From NCBI GenBank assembly GCA_039679675.1, contig JBDKUN010000059.1:145681-209680 (forward strand): a stretch of 64,000 nucleotides of DNA. Reading direction: 5' to 3'. Below, piece by piece: positions 59,278 through 64,000 of this stretch; the first letter of the stretch is position 1, and every line of letters begins with the position of its first letter. Position numbers and translations under genes: made by a program. The notes under the pieces are model-generated. The model saw only the letters and a list, made by a program, of their open reading frames with translations, made no database searches and had not been told where the DNA came from. The stretch is from Armatimonadota bacterium (GTDB taxonomy: Bacteria > Armatimonadota > UBA5829 > DTLH01).

Positions 59278-60627
59278 ATGCAGTGCTTTAACGACAAACA
59301 ACTGAAGCTGTATATGCATGGCGCGATTCCGGCTAAAGATATACCCGGCGCGGCTGAGCATATCCGTTCGTGTCCGGCTTGCCGCGAGAAACTCGCTGCT
59401 CTTACTGAGTATACCCGCGCTGCATGGTCTATCGGTGACGCTGTTCTCGCTGCCGAAGGATGCCCCGAATATGAAGAATTGTCCGCTTATGTAGATGAGA
59501 CTCTTTCGCATGAGACCCACCAGTGGATTGAGCGGCACATCGGCATGTGCGAATACTGCTCAAGAGATGTCGAGACTCTTCAGGCGGCGAGGTCGAGAGC
59601 TTCGCTTGCGCCTCAGATAACGGTCCGTCCTGGGTTCTATGCCAAACCACGTCAGCATTGGAATGTCTTTAGCTGGAAGAGTGTCACAGCCACGGCTGCT
59701 GGCATTGCAGCGATCACGGCTATATTCATCATGTCTCAAACAGGCCCTATCGCAAATAACCCGATAGTTGCGAAGCAGCATGTTAAAGTCGATAGAGTTG
59801 CAGTTGTGCCGAACAATGTTAGCGTGAAAGCGCGGCCTGATATAAAGTTAAATACATCTGCAAATTCGAGTGTCAAATCCGGCCCGAAAGCTGGCAGCCT
59901 TGTCAAAGAGCATATTACCCATCATGCCAGACCTGTTGCTGCTCCCATGACACCTGAAAAGCCCGAATTCGTTGCTGAAGTGCATGACGGCGGCATAACG
60001 GTAGGAAAAAGCGGCGGAAACATCATCATCAAGACCAACGGCAAGGATCTGGAAGCCCAAATTGCTGCCCTTGTCGAGAAAAAGGTCAAGACAGGCTCCG
60101 CTCCTTCAAGTTTTCAGATAGCGATGGCGCCGACCGGAGCTCTTAGGGGTTACTGGGACCCTATCGATCTCAAGATGTCCCCTGCCCCGGATATGATTGT
60201 GGAACCGGATGCAGCATTTAGCTGGGAACCTGTAGACGGCGCATCGAAATACAGGGTAGAGATCTACAAATATGACGGCACGCCTGTCGTCCATGCCGAA
60301 ACTGAAGACCCAAGCTACCAGCCGGAGAAAAAACTCCCTGGCGGTTTCTATAAATGGCGGATTATGGCACGAAGAGGCGAAATGGCGGAATGGGAGTCTT
60401 CCAGAGCTGCCGGTTTCCGCGTTCTCACCAACAAAGAGACCAGTCTCATCAACCATGCAGAGCGCGAGTATCATAACTCGCATCTCGTTCTCGGCACTGT
60501 TTACGAATCAGTCGGTTTGAACAAGCAGGCTGTCGACGAGTTCCAGGCTCTCAGAAACGAGAACCCTAAATCGGAAATTGCGACAAAGATGCTTAATGGG
60601 GCTCAATCAAAGCTCGCAAACCATTAG
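59278..60627 (+). CDS. Anti-sigma-factor-like protein with two zf-HC2 motifs, a TM helix and an extracytoplasmic domain
   Basis: HIRSCPAC and HIGMCEYC (HxxxCxxC), TM helix, FSWEPVDGASKYRVEI (Fn3-like), TPR-like C-terminus. Confidence 0.75.
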   Translation: MQCFNDKQLKLYMHGAIPAKDIPGAAEHIRSCPACREKLAALTEYTRAAWSIGDAVLAAEGCPEYEELSAYVDETLSHETHQWIERHIGMCEYCSRDVETLQAARSRASLAPQITVRPGFYAKPRQHWNVFSWKSVTATAAGIAAITAIFIMSQTGPIANNPIVAKQHVKVDRVAVVPNNVSVKARPDIKLNTSANSSVKSGPKAGSLVKEHITHHARPVAAPMTPEKPEFVAEVHDGGITVGKSGGNIIIKTNGKDLEAQIAALVEKKVKTGSAPSSFQIAMAPTGALRGYWDPIDLKMSPAPDMIVEPDAAFSWEPVDGASKYRVEIYKYDGTPVVHAETEDPSYQPEKKLPGGFYKWRIMARRGEMAEWESSRAAGFRVLTNKETSLINHAEREYHNSHLVLGTVYESVGLNKQAVDEFQALRNENPKSEIATKMLNGAQSKLANH

Positions 60628-60651
60628 CTTGGAATATTTGCTGCAATATTG

Positions 60652-60680
60652 TTGACACCAGATCAGTCATTTGGTATAAT
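60652..60680 (+). promoter_or_regulatory. Consensus sigma70 promoter of tRNA-Asn
   Basis: TTGACA-17nt-TATAAT plus extended -10 TG. Confidence 0.9.
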
Positions 60681-62333
60681 TCCCGTGTTACGATACGCTC
60701 CCCTGTAGCTCAATCGGCAGAGCGGCTGGCTGTTAACCAGTAGGTTCGTGGTTCGAGTCCACGCGGGGGAGCCAATTTTGTCTGTAGCAAGAACTCTTCT
60801 CTTAATGGTTAACCCATCAGATAGTTCTATCGGAATCGTATACTCCATCTCCCCACCCATTGAGTCCACTTCGATCTTCAATACGAATGTTTTGATAAAT
60901 ATCTTCTGTTCGTGGAGTGAGCCGTTGCTCAGTATGTCTCTCAGGTTCTGGATGTAAACGGGCGATGTGAGAGATTCGAGTAAAGCCCGGTTAGGCCCAT
61001 GCAGTTCTTCTGTAATCGCTCTGCGTGTGTTTTCCAAGTCGTCGATCCTGTTCTTTAGCTCACGTATACGAGGGGCGAGGAGATCTATATCGAGTTGTCC
61101 GGTTTCCAGTGTGTCGTATAGTTTTGCCAAACGCATCTGTGCATTTTCTACCTGTGCGTCTATGGTTGCGAGCTGTGATCGATGATCTTCCTGGCACAGG
61201 CGCATTTCTTCCTCTGCGAGCTCAATCAGCGACTTGATATTGTCCTCACTGAGCACGTCTTCTCTAATACACCTCAAGACCTCATATTCGAGTGCCTCTC
61301 TTGGAATCATTCCGGCATCACACACGTGCTTGCCGCGCTTCAGATAGTTCTGACATGCATAATAGCAGTAGCGATGGGATTTCGCGGCGCTTCCAACCAT
61401 TTTCGCACCACACTTCCGGCAGTACACAAGCCCACTTAAGAGGTAGGCGCTACTATGGCTATGGGGATGGGACTTCTTGGGGCTCCTGAGGTCGAGGGCT
61501 TTCTGGGCGCATTCGTAGGTTTCTATGTCGATGATCGCGGGATGATTATCCTCTATTCGGATTACCTCATCATCGCTATTTGCGATCGAGACGCCGTCCT
61601 TCTTACTCTGACGGTTCCAAATCAATACTCCGGTATAAACAGAGTTCTTGAGGATGTTATAGACAGTTTGTTTACTCCACGGCCTACCGCGATTTGTCTT
61701 CAGCCCTTCGGCATTGAGAATGTTCACGATATCCTTAGCACCCATGCCGTCACAGCATAGCCTGAACATACGCTGTACAACAGGAGCGAATACCTCATCC
61801 GGTACAAGCCTTGTCTTGGTGTGCTGTCCTACAACAACCTTTTCGGCTCTGTAACCGATAGGCGTAGTCCCCCCGTTGTGGTAGCCTCGACTAGCATTCT
61901 CCTTCATTCCTCGGATCGTGTCCTGAGCAAGGTTCAGGCTGTAAAACTCATCGATAACCTCAAGGAAACCTTCCATAAGCCTTCCTGTAGGAGAATCGTC
62001 AATAGGTTCGTTGATACTGATAACTTGAACGCCATGTTTGCGAAGTAGGCTTTTGTAAACAATAGAGTCTTCCCGGTTTCGAGCAAAGCGAGATAGCTTC
62101 CAGACTAGGATAGTATCGAAGGGCCTGTTCTTGTGCTTGGCGAGCGTGATCATTTCTTGAAAAGCAGGTCTGTTGGTCGACCTTGCGCTCTCCGCTTCAT
62201 CTATGAATTCCTGAACAATCATCCAGCTCCTGTCGTTGGCATACTTCCGGAGCGCTTTGAGCTGTGCTGAGATCGAGAGGTCCTTCTCAACTTGCTTTTC
62301 GGAACTCACTCGGGCATACAAGACCGCCTTCAT
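60663..62333 (-). CDS. Large serine recombinase (resolvase + recombinase + Zn-ribbon + coiled coil)
   Basis: YARVSS catalytic Ser, SRFARN, ILKNSVYTG, HPAII, LLSGLVYCRKCG..YYAC; last 36 codons are antisense to the tRNA and its promoter. Confidence 0.95.
   Translation of the reverse strand: MKAVLYARVSSEKQVEKDLSISAQLKALRKYANDRSWMIVQEFIDEAESARSTNRPAFQEMITLAKHKNRPFDTILVWKLSRFARNREDSIVYKSLLRKHGVQVISINEPIDDSPTGRLMEGFLEVIDEFYSLNLAQDTIRGMKENASRGYHNGGTTPIGYRAEKVVVGQHTKTRLVPDEVFAPVVQRMFRLCCDGMGAKDIVNILNAEGLKTNRGRPWSKQTVYNILKNSVYTGVLIWNRQSKKDGVSIANSDDEVIRIEDNHPAIIDIETYECAQKALDLRSPKKSHPHSHSSAYLLSGLVYCRKCGAKMVGSAAKSHRYCYYACQNYLKRGKHVCDAGMIPREALEYEVLRCIREDVLSEDNIKSLIELAEEEMRLCQEDHRSQLATIDAQVENAQMRLAKLYDTLETGQLDIDLLAPRIRELKNRIDDLENTRRAITEELHGPNRALLESLTSPVYIQNLRDILSNGSLHEQKIFIKTFVLKIEVDSMGGEMEYTIPIELSDGLTIKRRVLATDKIGSPAWTRTTNLLVNSQPLCRLSYRGAYRNTGIIPND
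60699..60774 (+). tRNA. tRNA-Asn (GTT)
   Basis: TCCCCTG/CGGGGGA acceptor stem, D-arm AGCTCAATCGGCAGAGC, CTGG-CTGTTAA-CCAG anticodon arm, GTTCGAGTCC, encoded CCA; 76 nt. Confidence 0.98.
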
Positions 62334-62836
62334 GCTGGAGTCTTCTCCGTTTCATCAGTTATATCGGATACCTTTTCTTCGCGTAGATCGATACCCAAAG
62401 CCTTGACCAAAGACTTATACTCATCTGCCAAAGAGGAATTAAACCAAGGCTCCTGTGAGCGTGGTCCCGAAGGCCATTTAAGGACAAAAGTGTTGTCAAG
62501 ATGCTGAGTGAAGAGAAGTGAAATTAGCATTGTCAAAAGATGCATTTTGGACTGTTCAGGTAAGACCTTCCAGATTTTCAGCAAGATAGCTAGTGCTTTG
62601 TCATCAGTCTGAAGTATATCGTCGAGACGAGGTTCATCAGATTCAGACACCAGGTAGTCGACTTTTACACGAAGAGCAGTCGCCAGACGCTTCATTGTGT
62701 CCGACCTCAGCTCTTTTACCTGGCCGCTTTCAATCCTAGAGATAGTCGCCTGTGTAATCGCTGATCTGTCCGCCAGTTCTTTCTGATTCATGCCCCACTT
62801 TTCTCTTAGGTATTTGACTTTATCCCCAAACTTCAT
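62330..62836 (-). CDS. XRE-family HTH repressor
   Basis: LREKWGMNQKELADRSAITQATISRIESG; ATGA overlap with the recombinase. Confidence 0.9.
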   Translation of the reverse strand: MKFGDKVKYLREKWGMNQKELADRSAITQATISRIESGQVKELRSDTMKRLATALRVKVDYLVSESDEPRLDDILQTDDKALAILLKIWKVLPEQSKMHLLTMLISLLFTQHLDNTFVLKWPSGPRSQEPWFNSSLADEYKSLVKALGIDLREEKVSDITDETEKTPA

Positions 62837-62864
62837 ATAATCCCCTCCAATTCAGAACAAAGAT

Positions 62865-62893
62865 ATGATACGGCATCTGCAAATCCAGGTCAA
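62865..62893 (-). promoter_or_regulatory. Promoter for repressor-integrase
   Basis: TTGACC-17nt-TATCAT. Confidence 0.65.
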
Positions 62894-62990
62894 GCTGAAC
62901 AGGCACAATTGCTCTGTAGAAAAATAGTCAGTTTGGGAACCTCTAGAAAATCGCCAACGTAATGAAAGTGTTGTAGGAAAAACGCCGGGC

Positions 62991-63018
62991 TTGATTGGTG
63001 ACTTGATGACCCTATCAT
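62991..63018 (+). promoter_or_regulatory. Divergent promoter for the element's small ORFs
   Basis: TTGATT-16nt-TATCAT. Confidence 0.45.
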
Positions 63019-63054
63019 GATCTGGCTATTTTTTCCAACTGAGATATTCATTCG

Positions 63055-63252
63055 ATGAAAACACACTATACCCTCAATGAAAACGCGCCTGATCCGCAAC
63101 AGACGATCAAGAACGGACTTCGCATCCTGGCAAGAATCATTGCTAGGCAGGCACTAAAAATTCAGAAGGAACAAAATGATAATATCGATCGGGCAACTCT
63201 TCCGGCATCAGCCGATGACGTTGATACTGCCAAAGATGACATCATTTGTTAG
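63055..63252 (+). CDS. Small hypothetical protein of the element
   Basis: 65 aa with amphipathic helix GLRILARIIARQAL; first ORF after the divergent promoter. Confidence 0.55.
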   Translation: MKTHYTLNENAPDPQQTIKNGLRILARIIARQALKIQKEQNDNIDRATLPASADDVDTAKDDIIC

Positions 63253-63336
63253 ATCCCACCTTGCGTGCGCGAGAAACGGTACGTAGGTGGTGCGGTAGGC
63301 TGATGCAGCGGAGGTTGAAAACCAACTAGCTAGATT

Positions 63337-63540
63337 ATGAGTTCTTTAGAAAGAAGGCATTTAATAATGCGACTTACCCCGATCAGAGCGATCAGAACTA
63401 AATGTTTGGATTGTTGCTGTGGCAAGAGGACTGAAGTAACCAATTGTCCGATTGTACGCTGTTCGCTTCATCCTTACAGACACGGGATACGACCTGAAAC
63501 ACGCGCGAGACATGCTGCTAAGCGAAAACAGATATCGTAG
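63337..63540 (+). CDS. Small Cys-rich (zinc-binding) phage-type protein
   Basis: TPIRAIRTKCLDCC...EV..C....CSLHPYR motif. Confidence 0.7.
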   Translation: MSSLERRHLIMRLTPIRAIRTKCLDCCCGKRTEVTNCPIVRCSLHPYRHGIRPETRARHAAKRKQIS

Positions 63541-63667
63541 GTAGCATAAAGCAGGTGGCCGGTGTGCGCATCGACGGCACCGGTAATTAGCCAAAAGTAT
63601 TCTCGGCTCCGATGGACCGAATAAATGTGCCTGCAAAATGCAAGCACTAATAGAAAGGAACATAAAC

Positions 63668-63875
63668 ATGCAACAAAATCGAACCAGTAATGGCCAGGAG
63701 ATTGATTTCCAGTCTCAGAGAACGAATGGGGCTTACCAAAGCAATAGTGGTAAGCCAAAAGATATCAAACTGTTTGCTATCGCATCGGTGAGTAATGGTT
63801 TCAACTTTAAGGCAGAAGTTGAACTTCATTTTTACCGAACAGGACGCACTGTGCCAATAGGTCCATACGAATTAT
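63668..63875 (+). pseudogene. ORF truncated by the IS21-family insertion
   Basis: GAAAGGAA RBS and ATG at 63668; frame runs into the IS end at 63876 and stops at 63898 inside it. Confidence 0.55.
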
Positions 63876-64000
63876 TGTCAATAGGCATTGAAAATTGACC
63901 CACCATCGGCGTCGAAAATTGACCCACCTCCAGTGGCTATTTTGTTGTAGAATTCCTGGTCTTTATCCTCCAGCTATCATTGCCGGTCTCGATGATTTCG
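63876..64000 (-). mobile_element. IS21-family insertion sequence, istB-side end
   Basis: Terminal TGTCAA followed by two GAAAATTGACCCACC repeats (63890-63904, 63914-63928). Confidence 0.88.
63937..64000 (-). CDS. istB: IS21 helper ATPase IstB, C-terminal end only
   Basis: Minus-strand translation EIIETGNDSWRIKTRNSTTK* matches the IstB C-terminal motif. Confidence 0.85.
   Translation of the reverse strand, partial: EIIETGNDSWRIKTRNSTTK

Larger units (their letters stand above)
60775..64000. mobile_element. Left end of an integrative element/prophage at tRNA-Asn
   Basis: tRNA followed by integrase, XRE repressor and divergent small phage-like ORFs; the other end is not in the window. Confidence 0.8.

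Noticed and set aside
62890..63099. 69-aa minus-strand ORF in the element's switch region
   Set aside because: Covers both predicted promoters and has no motif
63890..63928. Direct repeats as a CRISPR array
   Set aside because: Only two 15-bp copies with a 9-bp gap, typical of IS21 ends; no CRISPR array or cas gene seen in the window

Overview
Bacterial chromosomal window from a diderm (LPS-making) organism; gene content and order suggest a Terrabacteria lineage such as Armatimonadota (inference, not verified). In order: the 3' part of a GH78 alpha-L-rhamnosidase; a MoxR-AAA/DUF4350/DUF4129 operon led by a membrane protein with a RING-finger tail; a cold-shock gene; and a ~28 kb minus-strand outer-membrane cluster (lipB-tamB-bamA-skp-skp-like-lpxD-lpxC-fabZ-lpxA-lpxB-ICMT-family methyltransferase-msbA-DUF374-waaA::lpxK fusion-lpxL-LolA-like-five glycosyltransferases-DHS-like-heptose kinase). 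Next come hisS-aspS, an AI-2E transporter, a ytxG/H-rsbV-rsbW-sigB-type module, mnmA, rarA, a metallophosphoesterase, an NDP-sugar pyrophosphorylase, a large beta-barrel protein, a PhnP-like hydrolase, three minor-pilin-like genes, yihY and sbcCD. The end holds a Translin/TRAX-like nuclease gene overlapping a CCA-adding enzyme gene, an orphan double-ZAS anti-sigma factor, tRNA-Asn(GTT), and the edge of an integrated element (large serine recombinase whose ORF runs antisense through the tRNA, XRE repressor, small ORFs) interrupted by an IS21-family end. Best leads: (1) a translin + CCA/HD tRNA-processing module; (2) a serine integrase with its att junction apparently inside its own ORF; (3) conserved genes apparently starting at ATA, ACG and CTG; (4) an LmtA-like lipid A methyltransferase, and no lpxH/lpxI in the cluster but an LpxG-like candidate elsewhere; (5) a CU-rich small RNA candidate. 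All family calls come from motif recognition by eye; no database search was run.
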